Origin: Kiritimatiellia bacterium
GTDB lineage: Bacteria > Verrucomicrobiota > Kiritimatiellia > JAAZAB01
Length of the DNA stretch: 64,000 nucleotides
NCBI GenBank assembly: GCA_040767085.1
Contig: JAXGPF010000010.1
Location: 64,001 to 128,000 of the forward strand
Reading direction: 5' to 3'
Part shown: positions 48,865 through 58,105 of the stretch, piece by piece
How the letters are laid out: every line of letters begins with the position of its first letter
Position numbering within the stretch: position 1 is the first letter of the stretch
Notes under the pieces: generated by a model
Database searches by the model: none
Told to the model about the DNA's origin: nothing
The model's input: only the letters and a program-made list of their open reading frames with translations
Translations under genes and position numbers: made by a program

Positions 48865-49842
48865 TTATTGGCCAGGGCGGGCGCCAGGATTTACCGGAAA
48901 CACCGCCGCCCCGTAGCCCACCACCCATTCCCCCCGGCTTTCCGGATAATCGTCGCCGCTGTTGCGGTAATGCAGGACAATCCCCTGTTTACAACCTTGT
49001 CCCGCGGCGAATTCCATGGCCGCTGCAACAGCGGCAATCCCGCAGAAGACCTGGCGGGAAGGATGCCAGTCATCCAGGAGCGCGGCGGTTTGCATTGCGC
49101 TGACCTTGGCTAATGTGCCGCGGTCGGTGCGGGTCACCTTGGCATAATCCGCATCATGCAGCATGTCGGAACTTGCCAGGACGGTGATCTTTTGTTGCTG
49201 CGCCAGCCTGGCCAGCCCGGCGCCCAGCGCGGAGCGTGTCTGAAGGTCGTGGTCGCCGATGATGATGGGTACAAGTTTGGCGTCAGGCAGGGCGGCCTGG
49301 ATAAAGGGGATCAGATTTTCCGCCGAGTGCTCGCCCTGGTGCGGGCGGCTGTCGAAGAAAATCCATTTTTTGCCGCCGGCCTCGGCCAGGATTTGCGCGG
49401 CCGCGCGGTCCAGGGCGGCGACGCCCAGCGGGGTGGCGATGGCCTCGCCGTCCATCATGGCTGCGCCCTGGAAGGACCGGCTGTGGCTGAATCCCAGAAT
49501 AATGACCGTCGCCGGCGCCCAACCGGCGCGCGCCTGGTCGCGCAGCGCGCGGAAAACGTGGCCGGCCACCGGACCGGAATAGATGTAACCCGCGTGCGGC
49601 GCGATGGCGGCGGCGATGCGTCCCGTGATGGATGGCGCCGGAGCGTTTTGGATGTATTTTTCCACCATGTTCCGCAAGGCCTGCGGATCGCCCGGGAACC
49701 AGCGCCCGGCGCCGTAGGCTTGGTTGATATCCTTCAATGCCTGGTCTGTCATGACGGACGCTCCTGTTAGCTGCCGGCCGGCGCCAAGCGCCACCAGGAT
49801 TGCCGCAGCGGTTGATAATAATCTGTGAGTCTTACAAGGCAT
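48865..49842 (-). CDS. amrB: AmmeMemoRadiSam system protein B (MEMO1 family)
   Basis: AG.WFP, APHAGYIYSG, EHSAE, SSD..H, CG, YRNSGD, VVGY. Confidence 0.88.
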   Translation of the reverse strand: MPCKTHRLLSTAAAILVALGAGRQLTGASVMTDQALKDINQAYGAGRWFPGDPQALRNMVEKYIQNAPAPSITGRIAAAIAPHAGYIYSGPVAGHVFRALRDQARAGWAPATVIILGFSHSRSFQGAAMMDGEAIATPLGVAALDRAAAQILAEAGGKKWIFFDSRPHQGEHSAENLIPFIQAALPDAKLVPIIIGDHDLQTRSALGAGLARLAQQQKITVLASSDMLHDADYAKVTRTDRGTLAKVSAMQTAALLDDWHPSRQVFCGIAAVAAAMEFAAGQGCKQGIVLHYRNSGDDYPESRGEWVVGYGAAVFPVNPGARPGQ

Positions 49843-49863
49843 AATGAAAAACTCATGCGTTAA

Positions 49864-50733
49864 TCATCGGCAGTCGTCAAGCATAATGGTCAACGCCATT
49901 TCCGCGCGGTTGCCGGCCGGCTGCGACAGGGTGGCGGTGGAGAGCGGCTCGACGCAAACCCATCCGTCCAAACCAGGATGGAAAACGATAAAAGATTCCA
50001 CGCCTGATTCAGGGATGATCTTGAGAGTATGGGTGGGAGTTGCCAGTTCGATCGGACCGGGCCGCAGCGGGAAAACGTTGTCCAGCTTCCGGTCCAGAGG
50101 CAGGTTCAGGCGCCGGCCGACAGCGTCCAGCCACTCCGGCGGGATAGGCCCGGCTTGGCGTCCTTCATGCATCATGCCCGTTACCGGCGCCTGCACGCGG
50201 CCTTGATCGCCCGGCAGGGCGTAGTAATAATGCAACCCGATCACGGGCGGGAAATCGGCTTCGGCGGTATAATGCACGCGCAAGGCATTGCCGGCAAGCT
50301 GCAGTTCCAGCCGTAATTCGAAATCACCGCCCTGAACCGCGCTTAATGGCCGGCCGTGCATTTCCTGATTGCCGGCGAGTTGCGCGCGGATACTGCCGGG
50401 AGATGAAGAGTATTCCCAGGGCGCGTAGCGGGCAACGCCGTGCTGCCAGGGATCCCGGATGCCCATTTGGGTCAGCGCATCCGTCTGGGGCCAGCGGGCC
50501 ATGTTCGCCAATGCCGCCGCAGGCAATTGCGCGCGCTGGTTGAAATGCGGTCCGATCAGCGGCCCGTATCCTTTGCGGCAGGAGGCGAATTGCGCGGCGC
50601 GGCTCTGGCAGATGGCCTCGATATCGCCCAGGCGCAAACTGCGCAAAGTCATGCCGGCATCGGGCAGCACCTCGGCGCGCAGAAATCCGCCGGCTTCGGC
50701 CAAAACCACGGCATTGTGCGGGTGCTGGTGCAT
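49864..50733 (-). CDS. Aldose 1-epimerase / galactose mutarotase-like protein
   Basis: HGVARY.PW, GLHYYY, LDNVF, WVCVEP. Confidence 0.7.
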   Translation of the reverse strand: MHQHPHNAVVLAEAGGFLRAEVLPDAGMTLRSLRLGDIEAICQSRAAQFASCRKGYGPLIGPHFNQRAQLPAAALANMARWPQTDALTQMGIRDPWQHGVARYAPWEYSSSPGSIRAQLAGNQEMHGRPLSAVQGGDFELRLELQLAGNALRVHYTAEADFPPVIGLHYYYALPGDQGRVQAPVTGMMHEGRQAGPIPPEWLDAVGRRLNLPLDRKLDNVFPLRPGPIELATPTHTLKIIPESGVESFIVFHPGLDGWVCVEPLSTATLSQPAGNRAEMALTIMLDDCR

Positions 50734-50915
50734 GGGGTATTATATACCAAAAATCCAGGCTGCGGGCAATAGGGGATGCCGGTTAATTGAACGGGGGCGG
50801 GCGCGCCGTCAGGATGGGGCGATCGAAAACATCAATGATCACAAAAACGTTGACAGTTTGGTGCGGCTTGTTAGGCTTATGCGCCAGTGCCAATCCTCAT
50901 GTTTTAAAGCGCCGC

Positions 50916-52685
50916 ATGGGACCGGATCATTTGTGTAATGTGCTGATAAGAGCGGAAAAGAAATGGCTGGAGTTTTCTACGCCTGGCCGGGTGATTGCCA
51001 CCAATCGCATCGTGGAAGTGCTTCCCCTGGTCCGCCAGGTTGAGGCGCTGGTGGAACAGGAGGGATGGCATGCCGCCGGATTCGTTTCCTACGAGGCGGC
51101 CCCCGCTTTCGATCCGTCGTTGCCAGCCAAGCCGGACGGGGCATTTCCGCTCCTCTGGTTCGGGCTTTTCGAGCATGCCCGGGAAATCGATCTGCCTGGC
51201 GCCGGCCAGGCACAGCCGCCAGCCCTGGCATGGCGTCCGACTGTGGCGCGCGATGAATACGAACGCTGCCTGAACGCCATCCGCGGCCGCATCCGGGACG
51301 GCGACACCTACCAGGTGAATTATACGTACCGTTTGCGGGCGCAGACGGATGCCGATCCCTGGCGGCTTTTTCTACAGATTGCCGGGGATGGCGAGGCGCC
51401 TTTTGCCGCGTATGTTGATACAGGCGAGTGGGCTGTCTGCAGCGCCTCGCCCGAGCTTTTCCTGAAGGTCAACGGCGAACAGATCGAGTCCCGCCCCATG
51501 AAGGGGACCGCGGCCCGCGGCTTGTGGTTTGAGGATGACCAGGCGCAAAAAAAGGCCCTGATCTCCTCCGCCAAGGATCGCGCCGAGAATATCATGATTG
51601 TGGACATGGTCCGCAACGACCTCGGACGCGTGGCGCATGCCGGCAGCGTCCAGGTCGCCGCGCTGTGCGCGGCCGAGCAGTACCCCTCCGTCTGGCAACT
51701 GACTTCGACCGTCACCGCCCGGACCGGCGCGTCACTGGATCGGATTCTCCAGGCAACCTTTCCGCCCGCATCCATTACCGGCGCACCGAAACGGCGCACG
51801 ATGGAGATCATCGCGGAGCTGGAATCGACCCCGCGTCGTATCTACACCGGCGCTATCGGATATATTGCGCCCGGCCGCCGGATCCAGTTCAATGTAGCCA
51901 TTCGCACCGTCCTGGTGCACAAACCCACCGGCTGCGCGGAGTATGGCGTGGGAGGCGGCGTTGTATGGGACTCCACACCTGCGGGCGAGTATAACGAAAG
52001 CCTGGCAAAGGCCAAAGTGCTGAGGCCGCTGCCGCGGGATTTTGACCTGTTGGAAACCATACTCTGGTCGCCCGGGGGCGGATATGCGCTGCTTGAATAT
52101 CACCTGCGGCGTTTGGCGCGGTCAGCGGCGTATTTCGGCTTCCAGTTTGAAACGCTCCGAGCAAGGCAAGCGCTGGCGGCGGCCGCCGCCGGGCTGTTGC
52201 CGGCGCAATACCGGGTCCGGCTGTGCTTGTCGCGCCTGGGCGGAATCCGCTGTGAAGCCGCCTTGCTGGACGCGGCGGCCCTGCGCTTCGGGGATGTGGC
52301 GCTGGCCAGGAACCCCATTGACAAGCGGGATGTGTTTTTCTACCACAAGACCACTCGCCGCGCCGCATACGATGCCGCCGTCCAACATTGTCCCGGCTAT
52401 GCGGACGTCCTCCTCTTCAACGAGGAAGGCGAGGTTACCGAGACGACTCTCGCCAATGTGGCGGTCGAAATTGACGGCGTGCGGTATACCCCGCCGGTGC
52501 GCTGCGGATTGCTGCCGGGCACACAACGCGCCCTGCTGCTGCAACAAGGGCTGCTCCGGGAAAGGCCCATCAGCATTGCAGAGGCGCTGGGCAGTCCCTC
52601 GGTCTGCCTGCTGAACTCCGTCCGCGGGATACAACCGGTGCGCCTGCACGTTGACGGGGAAAGAGCTGCAGCGACGCCGCCGTGA
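50916..52685 (+). CDS. pabB: Aminodeoxychorismate synthase component I fused to class IV aminotransferase (ADC lyase, PabC-like) domain
   Basis: GDTYQVN, SPELFL, PMKGT, AENIMIVDMVRND, SITGAPK; then LLET, HKTT.R, LLPG..R, NSVRG; start uncertain. Confidence 0.92.
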   Translation: MGPDHLCNVLIRAEKKWLEFSTPGRVIATNRIVEVLPLVRQVEALVEQEGWHAAGFVSYEAAPAFDPSLPAKPDGAFPLLWFGLFEHAREIDLPGAGQAQPPALAWRPTVARDEYERCLNAIRGRIRDGDTYQVNYTYRLRAQTDADPWRLFLQIAGDGEAPFAAYVDTGEWAVCSASPELFLKVNGEQIESRPMKGTAARGLWFEDDQAQKKALISSAKDRAENIMIVDMVRNDLGRVAHAGSVQVAALCAAEQYPSVWQLTSTVTARTGASLDRILQATFPPASITGAPKRRTMEIIAELESTPRRIYTGAIGYIAPGRRIQFNVAIRTVLVHKPTGCAEYGVGGGVVWDSTPAGEYNESLAKAKVLRPLPRDFDLLETILWSPGGGYALLEYHLRRLARSAAYFGFQFETLRARQALAAAAAGLLPAQYRVRLCLSRLGGIRCEAALLDAAALRFGDVALARNPIDKRDVFFYHKTTRRAAYDAAVQHCPGYADVLLFNEEGEVTETTLANVAVEIDGVRYTPPVRCGLLPGTQRALLLQQGLLRERPISIAEALGSPSVCLLNSVRGIQPVRLHVDGERAAATPP

Positions 52686-53030
52686 AAGCGTATGATTCCG
52701 CCGGTTGGGGCGATTATCTCCCGTGTCCGTTCACGTACCCGTCCACGACGTTCCCTGCGCGAACCTGGGATTCTCGTGACTCCGCACCGTTCGAGACTGT
52801 CCCGCATCCTCGTGTACGGGAACGTGTACCGCTGCGCTGTGAACGTGTACGGACTCCCGCCGGGCCAACTGGGGAATCTTGAACGCCGAACGCCAGATGT
52901 TGGATTGAGGAGTGCATCGGACGCTTTCCGATTGCCATGCCGGATGTTTTCGGGTAGACTTGCCGCAAAATTCAATGCGGCATGGCGCGGTGCGTCAGGC
53001 CGGCCGCGGCTCTCGGAAGGATGGTGGGGC

Positions 53031-53411
53031 ATGGACCGGAACGATATGGGTGAAGTATGCCAGTTTTTGCCGTTTAAAAAATGCCAATCCTGCGGCGCGG
53101 TCTGGCGCACATGCGCCGACATGCTTTCGGATCCGCGGGTGGAATTGATTGGGTACCAGACAAACTTCGTCGAGGCGGGCGAGGGCTTTTTTCTGTTTGC
53201 GCACAATGCCACGGGCTGCGGAACGACTTTTGGCGTGTCGGCCGGCGCTTTTGCCGAGTTGCACGATGGCCCGATGGTCGTCAGACGGCCAACGGCCGTC
53301 TGCGCCGAATACTGCCTGTATCGCAGCAAACTCGTTCCTTGCCCATCCAAATGCGAATGCGAGTATGTGCGCACCATGTTGGATGTGTTGAAAAACTGGC
53401 GGAAGACCTGA
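53031..53411 (+). CDS. Small Cys-rich hypothetical protein
   Basis: 10 Cys including CxxC, CGTT, CxxxC, CxxxCxC; start 53031 or 53046. Confidence 0.65.
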   Translation: MDRNDMGEVCQFLPFKKCQSCGAVWRTCADMLSDPRVELIGYQTNFVEAGEGFFLFAHNATGCGTTFGVSAGAFAELHDGPMVVRRPTAVCAEYCLYRSKLVPCPSKCECEYVRTMLDVLKNWRKT

Positions 53412-53432
53412 AATGTTCCGTTGGAGAGCATA

Positions 53433-55100
53433 ATGCATTTGCGTCTTTTTTTTGCGCTGGCCTGGCTGGCGGCGGCCGGCGCCGCCGCCGATGGCGATCC
53501 TTTTTCCGTCACCGCCGGACTGCGCCCTTCGGGCGTACACCGCGCCCTGTTAACGGTGGCGGTCCGCATCCCGCCCGGGTATCGCTTATATGCCGATGAT
53601 TTCAAGGTTGAAACTACGGCGCCGGCGGCATTGGCTGATGTTTCACTGCCTGCGCCGGCCATGGTCCTGGATACGCTGGCCGGAACCATGAAGCCTGTCT
53701 ATACTTCCGATTTTACCGCCGTTTACGGGCTGACGGAATCGCCGGGCGCGCCCGCGTTGCCGGTTCGTGTGAGTTACCTGGGTTGCGACGATGCCGTATG
53801 TTTTCTCCCGCAGACCCGCGAGTTTAACCTGCCGTTGCCGGCCGGCGGCGACTCTGCCGGCGCGGCGGCGGCAGTCATGACCGGAGCGCCGGAACGCGGT
53901 CCGGCGAAAAATGTCGCCGGGGATTGGACCGGACGGCTGGCGCGATTTGAGACGCGGGCGCTGCGCGCCGGTTACATGCCGGCGGAAGATTTCCTGCAGT
54001 TTCTCGACGTTGCGGATGGCGCCCGGGCGGCTGGCGAGGAACAGGACGATTCGGCGGCAAAAAATTACGGGTGGTTTGTCGTTTTGATTTTGCTGGGCGG
54101 TCTGGCTTTGAATTTAACGCCCTGCGTCCTGCCGATGATCCCGGTCAACCTGGCTATTATCGGCGCTGGCGCCGGCGCTGGGAAAGATGCGGCCGGCCCG
54201 GCTGCCGCCGGTGCGCGCCGGCGCGGTTTCGCTCTGGGAAGTTTATACGGCCTGGGGATTACCCTGGCTTACGGGACGCTGGGCGCCGTGGTGGTGCTAA
54301 CGGGTTCGGTTTTCGGGTCCGTCAATGCTTCGCCCTGGTTTAATTTTGCCGTGGCGGTGTTGTTTTTAGGGCTGGCGCTGGCGATGTTTGATGTCTGGAC
54401 GATTGATTTCAGCCGCTGGCAGGCGCGCCTGGCATTCACCGGCGGCGGCCGCCTGGCGATAGTATTGATGGGGGCGGTTTCTGCTATCCTGGCCGGGGCT
54501 TGCGTCGCGCCGGTGGTGCTGACGGTGCTGACCCAGTCTTTGGTTTTATATGCCGGCGGCGCGCGCGCGGCCGGCCTGGCTCTGCCGTTTGTCCTGGGGT
54601 TGGGCATGGCCTTGCCTTGGCCGCTGGCCGGCGCCGGGCTGGCAGCTTTGCCGCGGCCTGGGCGCTGGATGAACAATGTGAAGCGGGTTTTCGGCGTCAT
54701 CATTCTGCTGCTGGCCGGCTATTATGCCTGGCTGGGGTGGGGGCTGCTGCCGGCGCGCGCCGCCCGGGAGTCGGCACGCAATGCCCAAGCCGCGCTGGCG
54801 GAAGGCTGGCTGACGGATTTGCCGGCGGCGCTGGAACTGGCGGAGCGGGAAGGCCGACCGCTTCTGGTGGATTTTTGGGCATCATGGTGCAAAAACTGCA
54901 TGGCGATGGAAGCTACCACACTGAAACATCCCGAAGTCCGGGAGCGGCTGCAGGATTTTGTGCTGTTGAAATACCAGGCGGAGCGACCCGATCAACCGCC
55001 GGCGCAGGCCGTGCTGCCGGCCTTCAAGGTCGTGGGGTTGCCCACCTACGTGATCCTGGCGCCGCCGGCCGGGTCTGCGTCCGCAATTACACCGCCTTGA
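53433..55100 (+). CDS. dsbD: Thiol:disulfide interchange protein DsbD
   Basis: Signal peptide, alpha domain GCDDAVCF, TM domain LTPCVLPM and GACVAP, thioredoxin DFWASWCKNC. Confidence 0.9.
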   Translation: MHLRLFFALAWLAAAGAAADGDPFSVTAGLRPSGVHRALLTVAVRIPPGYRLYADDFKVETTAPAALADVSLPAPAMVLDTLAGTMKPVYTSDFTAVYGLTESPGAPALPVRVSYLGCDDAVCFLPQTREFNLPLPAGGDSAGAAAAVMTGAPERGPAKNVAGDWTGRLARFETRALRAGYMPAEDFLQFLDVADGARAAGEEQDDSAAKNYGWFVVLILLGGLALNLTPCVLPMIPVNLAIIGAGAGAGKDAAGPAAAGARRRGFALGSLYGLGITLAYGTLGAVVVLTGSVFGSVNASPWFNFAVAVLFLGLALAMFDVWTIDFSRWQARLAFTGGGRLAIVLMGAVSAILAGACVAPVVLTVLTQSLVLYAGGARAAGLALPFVLGLGMALPWPLAGAGLAALPRPGRWMNNVKRVFGVIILLLAGYYAWLGWGLLPARAARESARNAQAALAEGWLTDLPAALELAEREGRPLLVDFWASWCKNCMAMEATTLKHPEVRERLQDFVLLKYQAERPDQPPAQAVLPAFKVVGLPTYVILAPPAGSASAITPP

Positions 55101-55106
55101 AATGCC

Positions 55107-56561
55107 ATGCCGGCCAACCGACCATCCTTGCCCTTGAACATCGTCATCGTCGGCGCATCCGGGGACCTGGCCCGGCAGAAAATAGCGCCGGCGCTTTTCG
55201 CGTTATTCTGCCAGGGATTGCTGCCGGAGCGTTGTCAAATCATCGGTTTTGCCCGCAGCGATTACACGGACGATTCCTTCCGCGCCCGGCTCGCCGAAAC
55301 CCTGACCTGCCGGTATCGCCCCGGCCGCAATTGCCGGCAGTTGACGCAGGATTTTCTTGCCCGGTGTTTTTATTGCCGCGGCGACTATGACGCGCGCGAT
55401 GCGTTTCTTGATGTTTACCAGATCATGCGCCGTCTGGAAGACGGCGCCGGCGGCGGCAACCGGCTGTTTTACATGGCTGTGCCGCCCCAGGTCTTCCAGG
55501 ATGTGGCGCAGGCCATCGGCGGCGCCGGGCTGGTGCATTGCCAGGGACCGCGCTGGTCCCGCGTGATTGTGGAAAAACCGTTCGGCAAAGACCGCGCGAG
55601 CTCCGACCGGCTGGTGCGGGACTTGCGGACCATTTTCACGGAAGAGCAAACTTACCGAATTGACCATTACCTGGGCAAGGAAGTCATCCAGAACCTCTTG
55701 ATTCTGCGGTTTGCCAATGCCGTGTTTGAGCCTTTATGGAACCGGCGGCATATTGAGCGCGTGGAAATTGTCTGGCACGAAGATATCGGGATGGAAGGCC
55801 GCGGCGGCTATTTCGACCATTACGGCATCATCCGCGATGTCATGCAAAACCACCTGCTGCAGATTCTGGCATTGACGGCGATGGAGCGGCCGGCGAAGCT
55901 GGATCATGCCGGCGCCATCCGCGCCGCCAAGGTGCGCTTATTGCGCGCCGTGGCGCCGGTGCGCGCCGGCGGATTGCGTCTGGGGCAGTACGGCGCGGCC
56001 CGGACGTCTGGCCGGCGCCGCCCGGGGTACCTTGATGAGGCGCAAGTCGCCGCCGGCTCGTTGACGCCGACTTACGCCGCCGTGCGGTTGCGCCTGCGGA
56101 ATCCGCGCTGGCGCGGGGTGCCGTTCGACCTGGAAGCCGGCAAGGGCTTGCACGACCGGCTGACGGAAATCCGGATTCATTTCCGACGCCGGCCGGCCGC
56201 CGCGTTTCGTTTCCAGACGCAGCCGCTGCCGGGCAACGTGCTGGTGATCCGGGTGCAGCCGGATGAAGGAATCTATCTGCGCGTGAACAACAAGGTCCCG
56301 GGGCTGGCGATGGCATTGGCGCCGACCATGCTGGACTTGCGCTATGCGGACGCCTTCCCCCGCCGTCCCATCCCCTCGGCTTATGAATGCCTGTTGTGGG
56401 AAGCGTTGGAAGGCGACCGCAGCCTGTTCATCAGCGAAGCGGAACTGGCGGCGGCATGGGATATTTTCACACCGGCGCTGCACGCGCTTGACCGGCGGCC
56501 GCGGCGTCCGCTGCCGTATGTTTTCGGCAGCGCCGGCCCGCAGGCCGACGCTGGCGGATGA
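55107..56561 (+). CDS. zwf: Glucose-6-phosphate 1-dehydrogenase
   Basis: GASGDLA, EKPFG, RIDHYLGKE, RDVMQNH. Confidence 0.96.
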   Translation: MPANRPSLPLNIVIVGASGDLARQKIAPALFALFCQGLLPERCQIIGFARSDYTDDSFRARLAETLTCRYRPGRNCRQLTQDFLARCFYCRGDYDARDAFLDVYQIMRRLEDGAGGGNRLFYMAVPPQVFQDVAQAIGGAGLVHCQGPRWSRVIVEKPFGKDRASSDRLVRDLRTIFTEEQTYRIDHYLGKEVIQNLLILRFANAVFEPLWNRRHIERVEIVWHEDIGMEGRGGYFDHYGIIRDVMQNHLLQILALTAMERPAKLDHAGAIRAAKVRLLRAVAPVRAGGLRLGQYGAARTSGRRRPGYLDEAQVAAGSLTPTYAAVRLRLRNPRWRGVPFDLEAGKGLHDRLTEIRIHFRRRPAAAFRFQTQPLPGNVLVIRVQPDEGIYLRVNNKVPGLAMALAPTMLDLRYADAFPRRPIPSAYECLLWEALEGDRSLFISEAELAAAWDIFTPALHALDRRPRRPLPYVFGSAGPQADAGG

Positions 56562-56738
56562 TGCTCTGCAAGTGCAAGTCGCGCGCATTGTCCGCCCCCG
56601 GCCGCCGTGAACGACCATGGCCGCAGGTGCAGTTTTCCATTGCAAATCCGCGGGCGGCCTATATGATGGTTGGCAGTCCGGGGCGTGCCGGCGCGCGCCG
56701 CGGCGTTTTTGAATCAGCGGGCAAGAAAGGGCGGAAAT

Positions 56739-57395
56739 ATGGCGGAGGATGCGCGGGCGGAGTTGGTCGAGTATGGCGTCAAGATTGCGCGGGCCGGCCT
56801 GGTGGCCGGCGCGGGCGGCAACATCAGCGCGCGTGACGGCGGCACTGTCTGGATGAAACCCAGCGGTGTGGCGATGGATGACATGACGCCGGATGACTTG
56901 TGCGGGATTGCGTTGGCCGACGGACGCCAGACGCATGGCGCGCATAAGCCGACTTCCGAATTCAACATGCATCTGGCCGTCTATCGCGCCCGGCCGGAAG
57001 TGCGCGCGGTGTTTCACACCCATTCCCCCTGGGCATCCGGGGTCATCAGTTCCGGCGCGGAACTGAAAGCCATGTTTGCCGAGTTTGTCTGCGACTTGGG
57101 GCGCGTGGGCCGGATTCCCTACATTACGCCCACTACCGGCGCCCTGGCCCAGGCTGTGGGCGATATGGCGGCCGGGCACGATACCATGCTCATGGTCAAC
57201 CATGGCATCCTGGCGGTGGGCGTCACTATGAAACAGGCCTATTACCGGTGCCTGGTGGTGGAAGATGCGGCCAAGTCCATGGTGGCGGCGGCCGTGGTCG
57301 GCCGGCCGATTTTTCTCAGCGAGCAGCAAATCGAAGAGTTGAACCGGTTGGATGCCGTCAGCCACCGCGTGAAAACCATGGAATCGCGCGGTTAG
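56739..57395 (+). CDS. Class II aldolase/adducin family protein (L-fuculose-phosphate aldolase-like)
   Basis: GNISAR, KPSG, PTSE..MH, HTHS, NHG, E..AK. Confidence 0.88.
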   Translation: MAEDARAELVEYGVKIARAGLVAGAGGNISARDGGTVWMKPSGVAMDDMTPDDLCGIALADGRQTHGAHKPTSEFNMHLAVYRARPEVRAVFHTHSPWASGVISSGAELKAMFAEFVCDLGRVGRIPYITPTTGALAQAVGDMAAGHDTMLMVNHGILAVGVTMKQAYYRCLVVEDAAKSMVAAAVVGRPIFLSEQQIEELNRLDAVSHRVKTMESRG

Positions 57396-57432
57396 CTCTG
57401 TCCGGCAAAATCAAAACCATTATACTGCGGCG

Positions 57433-58080
57433 TCAGCCGCGATGCGCCAGGAAATAATCCGCCAGCGACGGGAAATCGTCGAAAGCCAGGCCGGGAATTT
57501 CCGGCTCGGCCCGGCCGATGCCGTAGGTGACGAAAACATTTTGCGCGCCAGCCTGGCGCGCGCAGGCCAGGTCATTGGCGCTGTCGCCGATCATCCATGT
57601 GTCCGCCGGCGCAAAGCGCAGCGCCTGCATTGTGCATTGCAGCGCTTCCGGATGCGGTTTCAGGTTGGCCACGCTGTCGCCGCCCATGACGCTTGCGAAG
57701 AAAGCGTCCAGGGCGAAGTGGCGCAGCAAATCCCGGCAGGAGACGCGGGGCTTGTTGCTGATCAAAGCCAGGGTGCCGCCGGCGCGGGCCAGGCGCGCCA
57801 GGCCCTCCGCGACACCGGGATAGAGCGTGGTGGCGTCGTGCAAGTGGGCGCGATAGCAGGCGGAGTTGATTTGCACCGCCTCATCCAGATCGAGTTCCGG
57901 GGCATCGCGCAGGGAGCGGCGCACCAGTTGGCGGATGCCATCGCCGATGAATTGCGTTACCGTGGCCTCCGGCAGCGCCGGCAAGCCGTAATGCCGGCGC
58001 ATGAGATTGATGCCCGTACAGAGGTCGCGCCGCGAATCGATCAGGGTGCCGTCCAGGTCGAATACCAGCAGCTTGTTCAT
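57433..58080 (-). CDS. gph: HAD-IA phosphoglycolate phosphatase-like hydrolase
   Basis: FDLDGTLIDS, SNKP, KPHP, MIGDS.ND. Confidence 0.8.
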   Translation of the reverse strand: MNKLLVFDLDGTLIDSRRDLCTGINLMRRHYGLPALPEATVTQFIGDGIRQLVRRSLRDAPELDLDEAVQINSACYRAHLHDATTLYPGVAEGLARLARAGGTLALISNKPRVSCRDLLRHFALDAFFASVMGGDSVANLKPHPEALQCTMQALRFAPADTWMIGDSANDLACARQAGAQNVFVTYGIGRAEPEIPGLAFDDFPSLADYFLAHRG

Positions 58081-58105
58081 TCCTGAATTTTGCACGAATT
58101 TCAGT

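Noticed and set aside
45722-49842. ygiQ as the radical SAM partner of amrB (complete AmmeMemoRadiSam system)
   Set aside because: YgiQ is a different family from AmrS, lies on the opposite strand with a gene between, and no AMMECR1 gene is present
50916-52685. pabB-pabC fusion as a novelty
   Set aside because: This fusion is common in bacteria
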